Source of the DNA: an uncultured Synergistales bacterium
Lineage (GTDB): Bacteria > Synergistota > Synergistia > Synergistales > JAFGMB01
Direction: 5' to 3'
Assembly: GCA_964519285.1 (NCBI GenBank)
Contig: CAZFJG010000001.1
Span: forward strand, 664-64,663
Length of the DNA: 64,000 nucleotides
Part shown: positions 33,893-44,550 of the stretch, piece by piece
Numbering within the stretch: the stretch's first letter is position 1
Layout: every line of letters begins with the position of its first letter
Program-made: the position numbers and the translations under genes
Notes under the pieces: model-generated
The model's database searches: none
Told to the model about the DNA's origin: nothing
What the model saw: the letters and a program-made list of their open reading frames with translations, nothing else

Positions 33893-35262
33893 ACCCGAAA
33901 AGGGTGGCTGCATTTTCTCTGTTAATTTTTACTGTCCTTCTTGCCTGTCTGGTTTGCTCGACAAGGTCTTTTGCTGAAAACAGCGACATGGAAGTCAAGC
34001 CAGTGGTATTCTACGCTGAAATAGAAGGAATAGTAGGGATTTCTATGGAAAATTATATTTCCAAGGTGCTGAACGAAGCTCAGATCCAGAAAGGTGAAAT
34101 GGTACTTTTTCAGCTTGATACCCCTGGAGGACTCGTAAGCTCAATGCGTGGAATAACATCAGCAATTCTTGATTCTCCTGTCCCGGTAACAGTCTGGGTA
34201 GCCCCAAGAGGGGCCAGGGCTGCTTCTGCTGGAGCTTTTATAGTACAGGCTGCTTCTGTTGCTGCAATGTCCAATGGCACTAATATAGGTGCAGCCCATC
34301 CGGTACAGGCTTCAGGTGGAGATGTTCCAGCGGAGCAAATGGACAAAAAAATAACCAATGACCTTGCTGCTCAGATGAGATCCCTGACTGAGATCCATGG
34401 CAGAAATGGAGAAGTGTGCAGCAAAATGGTAACGGAAAGTATTTCCCTTACCTCTGCAGAAGCGTTGTCCCAGGATGTGATAGATGTTATAGAATCGGAT
34501 ATGGATACCCTTATTGTTAATCTTGATAAAAGAACTGTCATTGCAGGAGGTAAGGAGGTTACCCTGGAACTGTCAGATTACGGGATACAAAAGATGGAGA
34601 TGACCACAAGAGAAAGGATATTGCATTTTATTTCCAGCCCAAGTGTGGCTTATATTCTTTTGATGATAGGCATTTATGCAATTCTTTTTGAGGTCCTATC
34701 TCCGGGAGGTTTCGTAATGGGAGTCGCAGGAGCCGTTATGGTTCTGCTGGGAGCTTATGGACTGCGAATGCTTCCCTTCAACTGGGCCGGAATAATCCTT
34801 CTTGTTGCTGGTATATCGGTAATGATGCTCGATCTCTTCGTTGGAGGTATAGGTATACTCAGTCTCTTTGGAATGGCGGCACTTATAGTGGGAAGCCTTA
34901 TTGTATTCAGGGCGCCTGGAGGTGAGCTGTTGAACGTTTCTATGGATGTGATCCTTGGTGTTGCTGTCGGTGTAAGCCTGTTTTTTATACTTATCCTGGG
35001 TGTTACGGTCAGATCTTTGAAAAAATCGGCACAGTCAGGTCCCGAAGGACTCATCGGAAGCGACGGCAGAGTAATGGAAGATCTTGATCCCTCAGGTCTT
35101 GTAAGTTGTCATGGGGAGATCTGGAAAGCCGTTTCAGAAAGTGGAGATATTGTCAGAAAAGATTCTCTGGTCAGAGTGTTGAGGAGCGATGGTCTCACAC
35201 TTTACGTAGAACCTTTAGACAGTACCGGAGAAATTAAACACAAGGAGGTTGATGTAACATGA
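33889..35262 (+). CDS. NfeD-family membrane-bound ClpP-class serine protease
   Basis: 457 aa. The GTG start overlaps the radA stop (GTGA). Has a signal/TM segment, a protease core ([11 protein letters not shown]...AASAGAFI), four or more hydrophobic spans and a C-terminal NfeD OB-like domain. Confidence 0.82.
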   Translation: MNPKRVAAFSLLIFTVLLACLVCSTRSFAENSDMEVKPVVFYAEIEGIVGISMENYISKVLNEAQIQKGEMVLFQLDTPGGLVSSMRGITSAILDSPVPVTVWVAPRGARAASAGAFIVQAASVAAMSNGTNIGAAHPVQASGGDVPAEQMDKKITNDLAAQMRSLTEIHGRNGEVCSKMVTESISLTSAEALSQDVIDVIESDMDTLIVNLDKRTVIAGGKEVTLELSDYGIQKMEMTTRERILHFISSPSVAYILLMIGIYAILFEVLSPGGFVMGVAGAVMVLLGAYGLRMLPFNWAGIILLVAGISVMMLDLFVGGIGILSLFGMAALIVGSLIVFRAPGGELLNVSMDVILGVAVGVSLFFILILGVTVRSLKKSAQSGPEGLIGSDGRVMEDLDPSGLVSCHGEIWKAVSESGDIVRKDSLVRVLRSDGLTLYVEPLDSTGEIKHKEVDVT

Positions 35263-36062
35263 TCCGTTCTGTAATGGATGTAGTGTTCAGTATGGGTAGC
35301 TATGCAGGTATTCTGATAATTTTCATCCTGTTGTTATTTGCTGCTGTCAAAATAGTCCCTGAGTACCAGAGAGTAGTAGTTTTCAGGTTAGGTAAACTGA
35401 TTGCAGCCAAGGGACCTGGACTTGTGATCATCATCCCTGTAGTTGATCGCATAGTGCGTGTGGATCTGAGGGTAGTCACCCTTGATGTTCCAGTGCAGGA
35501 AATTATAACGAAAGATAACGTTCCTATAAAAGTAAACGCTGTCATCTATTTCAGAGTTATGGATTCAAGGAAATCTGTAGTAGAGGTAGAAAATTACATG
35601 ATGGCGACAAGCCAGTTGTCACAGACAACCTTAAGGTCCGTGGTAGGTCAGGCCGAGCTTGACGAGGTACTTTCCGAAAGGGACAAGATCAACAAGGAAC
35701 TGCAGAAGATCATAGACGAACGAACAGATCCCTGGGGAATAAAGGTAAGTGCAGTCGAAGTAAAGGAACTGGAGTTGCCAGAAAGCATGAAAAGGGCCAT
35801 GGCAAGACAGGCAGAGGCTGAGAGAGAACGAAGAGCAAAGATCATTGCCGCCGAAGGAGAATTCCAGGCAGCTGAAAGACTCAGCAATGCAGCAGTTATA
35901 ATGGGTAAATCTCCGATAACCCTTCAGTTGCGGTATTTGCAGACCTTGAAAGAAATAGCGGCTGAGAAAAATTCCACAACTATTTTCCCAGTGCCGATAG
36001 ATCTGCTAAAGCCCTTTATGAAAATGTTTGCTGACAAAGGTTTTGATGAAGAAAAATCCTGA
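35259..36062 (+). CDS. SPFH/band-7 (stomatin-like) protein
   Basis: 267 aa with an ATGA overlap with nfeD. Has an N-terminal TM segment followed by [14 protein letters not shown]...[18 protein letters not shown]...[16 protein letters not shown]. Confidence 0.88.
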   Translation: MIRSVMDVVFSMGSYAGILIIFILLLFAAVKIVPEYQRVVVFRLGKLIAAKGPGLVIIIPVVDRIVRVDLRVVTLDVPVQEIITKDNVPIKVNAVIYFRVMDSRKSVVEVENYMMATSQLSQTTLRSVVGQAELDEVLSERDKINKELQKIIDERTDPWGIKVSAVEVKELELPESMKRAMARQAEAERERRAKIIAAEGEFQAAERLSNAAVIMGKSPITLQLRYLQTLKEIAAEKNSTTIFPVPIDLLKPFMKMFADKGFDEEKS

Positions 36063-36100
36063 CATATGTGAGAAAATAACTTAATGTAATGGCAGTATTA

Positions 36101-36129
36101 AAAAAAGGGCGGGATTTTCCCGCCCTTTT
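36101..36129 (+). terminator. Rho-independent terminator after the SPFH gene
   Basis: aaaaaa gggcggg atttt cccgccc tttt: a 7-bp GC stem with a T run. Confidence 0.85.
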
Positions 36130-36240
36130 GCAAGTAAGTACTTTCAGGGCTATAATCGTAAATCAGCATTTTTTTGTTTTTATGTAGATATTAAGTATTA
36201 TTAAATAATGAATAATTTTTTGAACATGGAGGTTTCCTGA

Positions 36241-38721
36241 ATGCAATATGATTTTGGTGCTATTGAGGCAAAATGGCAGAAATACTGGGAAGAAAACCAG
36301 GTCTTTGAGGTAGAGACCGATCCTGAGAGGGAAAAGTTCTATTGTCTCGAGATGTTTCCCTATCCAAGCGGAGCACTACACATGGGACACCTGAGAAATT
36401 ACTCGATAGGAGACATGTATTCAAGGTTCCTTTGGATGAAAGGGTATAACCTTCTCCATCCAATGGGATTTGACAGTTTTGGGATGCCTGCCGAGAATGC
36501 TGCCAAAAAATACGGGGTACATCCTCATAAATGGACCTGGGATAACATAGAGCATATGACTGAGCAGCTCAAAAGTATGGGTTGCAGCTATGACTGGCGG
36601 CGAAGGGTCGAAACATGTAATCCTGATTATTATCGCTGGAACCAGTGGATATTTTTGAAATTCCTGGAAAAAGGTCTTGCATATAGAAAAAAGGCTCCGG
36701 TCAACTGGTGTGAAAGCTGTCAGACAGTACTCGCCAATGAACAGGTTATAAATGACGGTCACTGCTGGAGATGTAACACAAAGGTAACAAAAAAGAACCT
36801 GGAGCAGTGGTTTCTGAAAATAACCGACTATGCCCAGGAACTGCTCGATTCCCTGGAGGATCTTGAAGGATGGCCGGAACGGGTAAAGATAATGCAGAAG
36901 AACTGGATTGGCCGTTCAGAGGGGGCAAGACTTTCTTTCAGGATCCCGTCTCTTGACTATTCTCTTGAAACATTTACCACAAGATTTGATACTATCTTTG
37001 GAGTTACCTTTATTGCCCTGGCACCTGAGCATCCACTTGTGGAAAAGATAATTGAAAACAGCGCGAATCCTGAAGAGTTGAAGGAATTCGTAGATTCATG
37101 TTCAACTCAGTCATCCATTGACAGAACTGCTGCGGGAAATGAAAAGACTGGGATCGAGACTGGATTTTATGGTGTAAACCCTGTTAATGGAGAAGAGGTC
37201 CCTATCTGGCTGGCAAATTACATACTCATGGATTACGGAACAGGAGCAATTATGGGAGTTCCAGCCCATGACGACAGGGACTTTGAATTTGCCCGAAAGT
37301 ATGAGATCCCTGTCAGAGTAGTTATTCAGCCTGAAGGAGAGACTCTTTATGGTGAAACAATGAAAGAGGCCTTCGTAGATGAAGGTTTTGTTGACAACTC
37401 CAGGGATTTCAATGGGATGCCTACCAGGAAAGCCATACCGTCAATGATAGACTGGGGGACCGAGCAGGGATTCTGTCATAAGGAAGTAAACTTCAGGCTC
37501 AGAGACTGGCTTATTTCCAGGCAGCGATACTGGGGTACACCTATTCCTGTTGTATATTGTGAAAAATGTGGTTTAGTGCCACTTCCGGAAAGTGAACTCC
37601 CCGTTGTTCTTCCCACTGATGTCACCTTCAGCTCTGAAGGTGGATCTCCTCTTGAGGAGAGTGATGACTGGGTCAATACGAAGTGTCCTGAATGCGGAGG
37701 ACCTGCCAGAAGAGAGATAGACACGATGGATACATTTGTTGATTCTTCCTGGTATCAGTTAAGATTTACCTCTCCCTGGACAGAAGATGGCCCCTTTAAG
37801 CCTGAAGATGCCAAATACTGGATGCCTGTTGATCAATATATTGGTGGCATTGAACATGCCTGTCTTCATCTTATTTACGCCAGGTTTTTTACAAAATTTC
37901 TGGCAGACCTTGGTCTCAATACCAGCAGAGAACCCTTTACCAGGCTTTTAACTCAGGGTATGGTTCTTAAAGATGGAGCCAAAATGTCCAAATCACTCGG
38001 AAATGTTGTTGACCCGGACGAGATCATCAAGAAGTTCGGTGCCGACACCGCAAGGCTCTTCATTCTCTTTGCATCTCCACCAGAAAAAGATCTTGACTGG
38101 TCTGAAAGAGGAGTTGAAGGAGCTCATAGATTCCTGAACAGGGTATGGAAGTTCATAGACAGTAATATCGGGAAACTCTCTTCTGCCACTGGAATAGCTG
38201 TTCCCATGTCATCTCTCAAAGATCCGGCAAGAAGGGATCTTAAAAGGAAGATTCATTCTACCATACATGATGTAACCAGAGATATCATGGAAGAAAAACA
38301 GTTTAATACGGCCATAGCAAGACTTATGGAACTTACTAACACCATACAGGCATACAGTTCGAAAAATGACGTTGACTGGGAACTTTTGAGAGAAGCTTCC
38401 GATACTCTGGTTTTGTGTCTAAGCCCTTTCTGTCCTCATATCAGCGAAGAGCTCTGGTCCAGACTCGGTCACAGCGATATTGTTGCCAATGCCGGCTGGC
38501 CTGAGGTCGATGAATCTGCCCTTGTCCAGGATAACGTAACTATTGCTGTTCAGATCAACGGTAAACTCAGAGAAAAGCTCGATGTTCCGGCGGGCCTTCC
38601 AGGAGAGGATTTAAAGGAAAAAGTGATAATCCTTCCCGGAGTCAGTAAAAGAATAGAAGGAAGGGAGATAGTCAAGGTTATTACGGTTCCGGACAGGCTT
38701 GTTAATCTGGTGGTGAAGTAG
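36241..38721 (+). CDS. leuS: Leucine--tRNA ligase
   Basis: 826 aa with the class I motifs [11 protein letters not shown] (HIGH) and [10 protein letters not shown] (KMSKS), plus a CP1 editing insertion. Confidence 0.96.
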   Translation: MQYDFGAIEAKWQKYWEENQVFEVETDPEREKFYCLEMFPYPSGALHMGHLRNYSIGDMYSRFLWMKGYNLLHPMGFDSFGMPAENAAKKYGVHPHKWTWDNIEHMTEQLKSMGCSYDWRRRVETCNPDYYRWNQWIFLKFLEKGLAYRKKAPVNWCESCQTVLANEQVINDGHCWRCNTKVTKKNLEQWFLKITDYAQELLDSLEDLEGWPERVKIMQKNWIGRSEGARLSFRIPSLDYSLETFTTRFDTIFGVTFIALAPEHPLVEKIIENSANPEELKEFVDSCSTQSSIDRTAAGNEKTGIETGFYGVNPVNGEEVPIWLANYILMDYGTGAIMGVPAHDDRDFEFARKYEIPVRVVIQPEGETLYGETMKEAFVDEGFVDNSRDFNGMPTRKAIPSMIDWGTEQGFCHKEVNFRLRDWLISRQRYWGTPIPVVYCEKCGLVPLPESELPVVLPTDVTFSSEGGSPLEESDDWVNTKCPECGGPARREIDTMDTFVDSSWYQLRFTSPWTEDGPFKPEDAKYWMPVDQYIGGIEHACLHLIYARFFTKFLADLGLNTSREPFTRLLTQGMVLKDGAKMSKSLGNVVDPDEIIKKFGADTARLFILFASPPEKDLDWSERGVEGAHRFLNRVWKFIDSNIGKLSSATGIAVPMSSLKDPARRDLKRKIHSTIHDVTRDIMEEKQFNTAIARLMELTNTIQAYSSKNDVDWELLREASDTLVLCLSPFCPHISEELWSRLGHSDIVANAGWPEVDESALVQDNVTIAVQINGKLREKLDVPAGLPGEDLKEKVIILPGVSKRIEGREIVKVITVPDRLVNLVVK

Positions 38722-38723
38722 TA

Positions 38724-39665
38724 TTGCCTTTTATTTCTGTTGTAACCGGTGATCCTGCTTCACAGAGCAGGATTCTGAAAGAGTATCTTTCAGAACTTGA
38801 GAAAAAAGGATATTCTCTTCAGGGGAGGCAGGAAGGTGGAGAGTGGTCTGCTCTCTTGTCTTCCCTGAGAACCGGAAGTCTTTTCGGACAGAGATCGGTC
38901 ATTGTTGTGGAAGAAGCGGATCAGCTTGGTAAATTACCGGAAGATCTCTCTTATCTCGTGGAAGAACATAGTGATTCGGGACTTGTACTTATTTACAAAG
39001 GAAAATTCAGAAATTTTTTTCAGCCAGAAACAGTAGATCTTATTGCAAAAGTTAAAGACAGTCCTGTCCCAGAGTGGAACGATCAGAGGGAGAGGTGGTT
39101 GTTTCGTCTGGCTCAAAAGAAGGAGATCAGGATCGATCCAGAGGCGGTCAGTCTTCTGGTAGAATGGATCGATAACCCCGAAGAAATAAGATCTGAACTT
39201 TTAAAACTTCATGCTGCAGCTGCTTCTTTCAAGGGAGTAGTAACAGTTGATATTCTTAGACAGCTGACTCTGGACGAAGGGCGTAAAAGTTTGCTATGCC
39301 TGCTGGACAGTATCTGTTTTGCTGCTGTTGGTGATGTCTTGAAGAATATAAGAATGACCAGAAGGAACGGGATGGATCTTTTGTATGTTATTGGTGCAGT
39401 ATATAACAGGATCAGGCTCTCCCTGTATTACGGACATTTCAGGCATTCAGGAGGTAAGCAACTTGAAAAGGTTCTAAAGGCGAGGAAATACCAGAAAAAA
39501 ATGGCCCTGGAAATGAACAGAAGGTTCAGTTCTGATTCTGTAGAAGATCTTGCTATCGGACTTATGGGTATAAGTTACAGGCAAAAAACAGGGAAATCAG
39601 CAGGATGGAAGGAATTTGAAAACCTTCTTTTGCGATTTATGACTGAAAAAGTACAAAAAAACTGA
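38724..39665 (+). CDS. holA: DNA polymerase III subunit delta (HolA-like)
   Basis: 313 aa with a TTG start. Contains SLFGQRSVIVVEEADQL and a helical C-terminal half. The synteny leuS-holA with convergent rpsT supports the call. The sequence signal is moderate. Confidence 0.65.
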   Translation: MPFISVVTGDPASQSRILKEYLSELEKKGYSLQGRQEGGEWSALLSSLRTGSLFGQRSVIVVEEADQLGKLPEDLSYLVEEHSDSGLVLIYKGKFRNFFQPETVDLIAKVKDSPVPEWNDQRERWLFRLAQKKEIRIDPEAVSLLVEWIDNPEEIRSELLKLHAAAASFKGVVTVDILRQLTLDEGRKSLLCLLDSICFAAVGDVLKNIRMTRRNGMDLLYVIGAVYNRIRLSLYYGHFRHSGGKQLEKVLKARKYQKKMALEMNRRFSSDSVEDLAIGLMGISYRQKTGKSAGWKEFENLLLRFMTEKVQKN

Positions 39666-39699
39666 AGAGAGATTATTCCGTAATCTCTCTTCAGTTTTT
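39661..39699. terminator. Bidirectional terminator between holA and rpsT
   Basis: A perfect 15-bp stem (actgaagagagatta / taatctctcttcagt) with loop ttccg. It has an A run upstream and a T run downstream. The holA stop lies inside the stem. Confidence 0.85.
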
Positions 39700-39738
39700 A
39701 AATTTTTACTGGGAAGTATTAGAAACGTTTAATCAGGA

Positions 39739-40017
39739 CTATAGGGTATGACCGGCACCAAGGGATTTAACCTTTGCTGACAGCTTTGATTTTCTTCTTG
39801 CTCCTGTATTTTTGTGCATGACACCTTTACAGACAGCCTTGTCTATAGTTGCCTGGGCTTCATCAAGTCTTTTGCTGGAAAGATCACTGTCCCCTGATTC
39901 AATAGCTTCAAGAACCTTTTTTACAGAGGTTTTACACCTGCTGGTCCAGTATTTATTGTAAAGGCGGTTCTTTTCACTCTGTCGCATTCTTTTTTCTGCG
40001 GATCTCTTGTTAGGCAT
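39739..40017 (-). CDS. rpsT: 30S ribosomal protein S20 (bS20)
   Basis: ATG 40017 lies 9 nt after ggagg. The track start 40023 is a GTG inside the SD. Contains MPNKRSAEKRMRQSEKNRLYNK. Confidence 0.93.
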   Translation of the reverse strand: MPNKRSAEKRMRQSEKNRLYNKYWTSRCKTSVKKVLEAIESGDSDLSSKRLDEAQATIDKAVCKGVMHKNTGARRKSKLSAKVKSLGAGHTL

Positions 40018-40197
40018 GTTCACTCACCTCCTTGTCAAAAAGCAGATGTTATTTTAACACGGCAAGAACCGGTTACGCAACATGTGTTAACAGTCAGTTT
40101 ATCATTTCTGGCAGATTGTAACATTTAAGTATAACTTATGATATATTCGTGACCTTGTAATTTAGAAAAAATATATGAGGAAAGCAGATAGATATAA

Positions 40198-42138
40198 ATG
40201 ATGGAAATGAACATGGAGAAATACCTGGGAGAAAAGGGTTTATTCGCGGAAAATCTTCCTTTTTTTGAATTCCGGTCCCAGCAACTGGATCTGGCTCAGA
40301 AAATATGGGACAGGATACAATCTGAAAACGGTGGAATAATGGCTTTTGAGGCACCAACTGGCCTTGGAAAAACTTTTGCTGTGCTTGTCCCTGCAATTTT
40401 GTGGGCCATTGAAAATGATAAAAAGATACTTTTCCTGACTGCCACTATACCTCTTCAGGAGCAGCTTTATTTCAAGGACATTCCCCAGGTTCTCCACGTT
40501 CTTGATGTTGAGCTTAAATACGGTCTTCTGAAGGGAAGAGGAAATTATGCATGCCTTAGAAGAGCAGAAAATCTTTACTCTGAAGGTCTGCTTTCTTTTG
40601 GAGATCACGGAGATGCCTCAGGCCTCATCAGATCGTGGGTGGCACAGACGTCTACAGGAGATCTTTCGGAACTTCCTCTTTCGCTGAACCATCCTTCCAG
40701 GGGAATGATCAACTCCGTTCAGAAAAAATGCCTTGGTTCGAATTGTCCACGCAGAAATGAATGCTTTGTCACTCGGGCCATACAAAGAGCAAAAAAATGG
40801 GATCTTATAGTTTCAAATTACCATCTTTATTTTGCATATGTCCTTGGAGGCAAGAACGAATTTCCTGTAAATCCGGATCTGATAATATGTGATGAAGCAC
40901 ACAGAGTAGATGAATCTTTTAGAAGTGTTTCCTCAAAATCGGTATCAAAAGAAGATTTCGAAAATTTATTTTCAAAATCTAACTATCCCTTTCTTTCCGG
41001 GGTTGTTGATAATTATGGAGGTATTACGGAATTTACTGAACTTTACAATCAGTTGGGATCTGGTACTGGACTTTTCTTTGAAAAAATCGCAAGAGGACTG
41101 AAGGAAGGCCAGGTCTACAAAAAGTTAGACGGTTATTCCTTAGATCTTTATTTAAAAATAAAAGAAGACTATGAAAAAATAAAAAAAATTCTCTTTCCTT
41201 TAACAAGAGCGATCATTGACAAAGAAGATACAGAAGACAAAGATTCCCTGCGTTTTTTAGCATGGCAAAACGAACTGGACGATCTTTTCAATGATCTTGC
41301 CTTTTGTGCAGTAGCGAACAGATATCCGGAATGGGCATACTGGGAGGAAAATAACGGGCTGCATGCTTCTCCTACTGTATGTTCTGATCTTATACAGGAG
41401 GTTTTTGCGTCTTCAGCCAGTGCCCTGATAGCGGTTTCAGCAACCCTTACCGTAGATAATTCTTTTGCTTTCTGGATAAATGAGACAGGAATAGTACCTG
41501 ACACAAAGGGGATGTACAGCAGCCCTTTTGATCTCGAAAAACAGATGGAGATCTGGATCGCAGATGTTGGCCTGAAGGTAATTGACAAGGGATATGACAA
41601 CTACGTAGCCAGGGTTATGGAGACTTTGACCGAAAATAACGGCGGACACACCCTTATCCTTGTTTCATCAAAAAGGTTACTGGAGATTCTGAAAAAACAC
41701 TTCAGAAAAAAGGAAAGGTCCTACGATGTTCTCGTCCAGGGCGAGCTTCCCCGGACCATACTGCTTGACAGGTTCCGTACCAGCGAATCTTCTGTCCTCA
41801 TAGGAACAGTTTCCTTCAGAGAAGGGGTGGACATTCCTGGAGAAAAGCTGACCCAGGTGATCATTGACAGAATACCCTTTCCCCACCCAAAGGATCCGGT
41901 GGTAGAGGCAAGAAATGACTACGAGGGCAAAAGGGCTTTCGTTGACGTAACTCTTCCAAGGGCTAAAATGAGACTCAAACAGGCTTCAGGCAGGCTGATA
42001 AGAAAAAAGAATGACTGGGGAAGGGTAGTTATTCTCGACGGCAGGATCATAGAAAGGAAAGATTGGCAGATACTTCAGAGTCTTCCGAGGGTGAAAATTC
42101 GAAAGATAAGCATTAACGATACAGGTGTTGCTGGATAA
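40198..42138 (+). CDS. XPD/DinG-family ATP-dependent DNA helicase with a 4-Cys Fe-S domain (no N-terminal exonuclease domain)
   Basis: 646 aa. Walker A is EAPTGLGKT and the DEAH box is ICDEAHRV. Cys residues lie at GNYAC...KKCLGSNCPRRNEC, and the C-terminal helicase motifs include GTVSFREGVD. Confidence 0.8.
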   Translation: MMEMNMEKYLGEKGLFAENLPFFEFRSQQLDLAQKIWDRIQSENGGIMAFEAPTGLGKTFAVLVPAILWAIENDKKILFLTATIPLQEQLYFKDIPQVLHVLDVELKYGLLKGRGNYACLRRAENLYSEGLLSFGDHGDASGLIRSWVAQTSTGDLSELPLSLNHPSRGMINSVQKKCLGSNCPRRNECFVTRAIQRAKKWDLIVSNYHLYFAYVLGGKNEFPVNPDLIICDEAHRVDESFRSVSSKSVSKEDFENLFSKSNYPFLSGVVDNYGGITEFTELYNQLGSGTGLFFEKIARGLKEGQVYKKLDGYSLDLYLKIKEDYEKIKKILFPLTRAIIDKEDTEDKDSLRFLAWQNELDDLFNDLAFCAVANRYPEWAYWEENNGLHASPTVCSDLIQEVFASSASALIAVSATLTVDNSFAFWINETGIVPDTKGMYSSPFDLEKQMEIWIADVGLKVIDKGYDNYVARVMETLTENNGGHTLILVSSKRLLEILKKHFRKKERSYDVLVQGELPRTILLDRFRTSESSVLIGTVSFREGVDIPGEKLTQVIIDRIPFPHPKDPVVEARNDYEGKRAFVDVTLPRAKMRLKQASGRLIRKKNDWGRVVILDGRIIERKDWQILQSLPRVKIRKISINDTGVAG

Positions 42139-42235
42139 TATTAGCTGTGTTATATTATCAAGGCTGGCTGAGCAATGATATTTTCAAGCTTTGTATTGAT
42201 GAATTAAGACATAGATGTACCGGGAGGGATAACTA

Positions 42236-42370
42236 GTGAAACAGACTTTTCAACCACACAACAGGCCAAGAAAACGGAAAATGGGATTTTTGCAGAGATC
42301 AAGAACTGCCTCTGGTCGAAGGATCCTTCGCAACAGAAGGAGAAAAGGCCGGAAGACTCTTGCTGTCTGA
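42236..42370 (+). CDS. rpmH: 50S ribosomal protein L34 (bL34)
   Basis: Not in the ORF track (44 aa). GTG 42236 follows gggaggg. It translates to [44 protein letters not shown], with TGA at 42368-42370. Confidence 0.92.
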   Translation: MKQTFQPHNRPRKRKMGFLQRSRTASGRRILRNRRRKGRKTLAV

Positions 42371-42375
42371 TAATC

Positions 42376-42741
42376 TTGGAATTTTCTTTTCCTAAAAGCA
42401 GGCGTATTCGTAAAGGATGGGAATTTGACAACGTCTTCCGCACCGGCACGAGAGTTAATGGCAGGCTGGTGCGGATGTTGTATTTAAAGACAGATGGGAT
42501 AACATCCCGTGTTGGAGTGGTTGCCGGAAAAAGACAGGGGTCTGCAGTTTTTCGAAACAGGACGAAAAGAAAACTGAGAGAGGCAGCCAGGAGATATCTC
42601 CCCTATATGGAAAGGAGTTATCTTGTAGTCATATCACTTCGGCCAGAAGGTTTTAAAGCCAAATCAAGTGAAATTTACAGAGACCTTGGTAAAGTGCTTC
42701 GAAAAAGTGGACTTCTGGAAAAAAACGATCTCAACCATTAG
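42376..42741 (+). CDS. rnpA: Ribonuclease P protein component
   Basis: 121 aa with a TTG start. Contains [41 protein letters not shown] (RNR motif region). Follows rpmH. Confidence 0.9.
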   Translation: MEFSFPKSRRIRKGWEFDNVFRTGTRVNGRLVRMLYLKTDGITSRVGVVAGKRQGSAVFRNRTKRKLREAARRYLPYMERSYLVVISLRPEGFKAKSSEIYRDLGKVLRKSGLLEKNDLNH

Positions 42742-42742
42742 A

Positions 42743-42988
42743 ATGACAAGGTGGGAAAGAAGTGGTTTTATGTCTCCCCTCTCGGGACTCGCAATAGGAG
42801 CTATAAAGCTTTATCAGTTATTAATTTCTCCCCTATTAGGGAAAAGATGCAGATTTTATCCAACTTGCTCCCAATATTCAATTGAGGCAATAAAAAAGTA
42901 CGGTTTTTTTAAAGGTTCTTTATTAAGCTTTAAAAGAATAGTAAAATGTGGCCCCTGGCATCCAGGTGGATATGATCCTTTACCTTAG
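42743..42988 (+). CDS. yidD: Membrane protein insertion efficiency factor YidD
   Basis: The track ORF starts at 42668, inside rnpA. ATG 42743 lies just after the rnpA stop (alternative 42770). Contains [35 protein letters not shown]...[11 protein letters not shown]. Confidence 0.9.
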   Translation: MTRWERSGFMSPLSGLAIGAIKLYQLLISPLLGKRCRFYPTCSQYSIEAIKKYGFFKGSLLSFKRIVKCGPWHPGGYDPLP

Positions 42989-43026
42989 GTCCAGGGTTTT
43001 ATGATAATGAAAAAAAATTTAGGAAG

Positions 43027-43848
43027 GTGAATATTTTGGGTTCTATCTGGTCCTCTCTGAGTGATATGTTGGTCGTTGTATTAAATACTTTCTACAATTT
43101 TACAGGTTCCTATGGTGTGGCTATTATATTGCTCACACTTATAATAAGGGCATTGCTTCATCCGCTGAGTCATAAGCAGATGGTCAGCATGCAGAAGATG
43201 CAGAAACTTCAGCCAAGAATAAAAACACTTCAGGAGAAATACAAAAACGACAAAGAAACATTAAACAGGGAAATTATGTCAATGTACAAGGAGAACAAGG
43301 TAAATCCCGCGGCAGGATGTCTTCCGCTTCTTGTACAGTTGCCAATACTGATACTTCTGTTCAGGGTACTCCTGAAGCTGGAGTATCCTGGAATGAGCAA
43401 TATGTTCCTTGGAATTCAGCTTAACGGAACAGTTCTTTCGACTCTCGCTGTGGCACTTGGACAGACAGTTACAGACAGCGTACATGTTGGATTTGGCTCC
43501 GTATTTTCTGCGTTAAGCTCAAATACTGCAGGTCTTCTGAACTTCGGTGTTTACATGCCTAACCTTATCCTTCTGGTTGTTATCTCTGCCCTCACATGGT
43601 TACAGCAGAAGATGAGTACTACTGGCGGAAACCCCCAGATGGCAATGATGAGCTGGTTCATGCCTCTGTTTCTGACGTTTATCTGTCTCAGTTTGCAGGC
43701 CGGTGTTCTTCTGTATTGGGGAACATCATCCCTTATAGGAGTCGCACAGCAGTGGTGGGTAATGAGAAAGACAAAGATGGAAATGGCAGAAAAGCCTCAG
43801 CTCTACAAGGATAAACCTGCTGGAACACAGGCAAACAAGCAAAAATAG
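43027..43848 (+). CDS. yidC: Membrane protein insertase YidC/OxaA (short form)
   Basis: 273 aa with a GTG start. Contains GVAIILLTLIIRALLHPL, MQKLQPRIKTLQEKYK, NPAAGCLPLLVQLPIL and a basic C-terminal tail. Confidence 0.9.
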   Translation: MNILGSIWSSLSDMLVVVLNTFYNFTGSYGVAIILLTLIIRALLHPLSHKQMVSMQKMQKLQPRIKTLQEKYKNDKETLNREIMSMYKENKVNPAAGCLPLLVQLPILILLFRVLLKLEYPGMSNMFLGIQLNGTVLSTLAVALGQTVTDSVHVGFGSVFSALSSNTAGLLNFGVYMPNLILLVVISALTWLQQKMSTTGGNPQMAMMSWFMPLFLTFICLSLQAGVLLYWGTSSLIGVAQQWWVMRKTKMEMAEKPQLYKDKPAGTQANKQK

Positions 43849-43886
43849 ATTTTATTTTTCTGAATCATGGGAAAGGATGATGATCC

Positions 43887-44516
43887 TTGAACGATACAGA
43901 AAGTATTGTGCTTGAAGTTGGATCTGTCGAGGAAGCCAAAAAGATAGCCGCAGCAAAATGGTCTCTTGACCCTGAAGATATTGCAGGAAAGATCATTGAA
44001 GAAGAAAAGAGTTTCTTCGGTTTCCTTGGAAGAAAACTTACAGTTGAAGTAAGACCAGTAGCTTCTCTTTCCCTTTTAAAGGCGAAGAATGCCTTGAAGG
44101 ATATTATTTACATGATGGATCTTGATGCAGAGGTTTCCTCCCTTGATGAAAAAACACTTAACATCAGCGGCCAGGATGCCGGTATTGTTATCGGTAAATA
44201 CGGAGAAACTATCAAATCTATGGAATATATCGTTAATCTCATGTCCAGAGAAGAGGATCATACAGGAAGGATAAGGCTTGACAGTGATGGTTACAGGGAT
44301 AGAAGGTCCGCAAGTCTTCAGAGGTTGGCAATGTCAGCATCAAGAAGGGTCCTGAGAAAGAACCGTCCAGCTTATCTGGAACCTATGACCAGCTGGGAAA
44401 GAAGGATTATACATCTGACACTGAAAGAGCGGGATGACGTGGAGACAAGGTCTGTAGGAGAAGATCCGGAGAGAAAGGTTGTAATATTTCCCTCTGCCAT
44501 GGATCGCAGAAAATGA
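43887..44516 (+). CDS. jag: Jag/KhpB-type RNA-binding protein (Jag_N + KH + R3H)
   Basis: 209 aa with a TTG start. The KH domain contains GIVIGKYGETIKSMEYI and the R3H domain contains MTSWERRIIHLTL. Follows yidC. Confidence 0.88.
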   Translation: MNDTESIVLEVGSVEEAKKIAAAKWSLDPEDIAGKIIEEEKSFFGFLGRKLTVEVRPVASLSLLKAKNALKDIIYMMDLDAEVSSLDEKTLNISGQDAGIVIGKYGETIKSMEYIVNLMSREEDHTGRIRLDSDGYRDRRSASLQRLAMSASRRVLRKNRPAYLEPMTSWERRIIHLTLKERDDVETRSVGEDPERKVVIFPSAMDRRK

Positions 44517-44550
44517 CTTTCTTAAGGTTTTTCTTTCCTGAAGAGGTACT

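Noticed and set aside
36130-36240. Possible T-box or other leader upstream of leuS, and likewise upstream of pheS at 56747-56786.
   Set aside because: The regions are too short (about 110 nt and 40 nt) and contain no T-box core (GGTGG.ACCGCG-like) or terminator/antiterminator pair.
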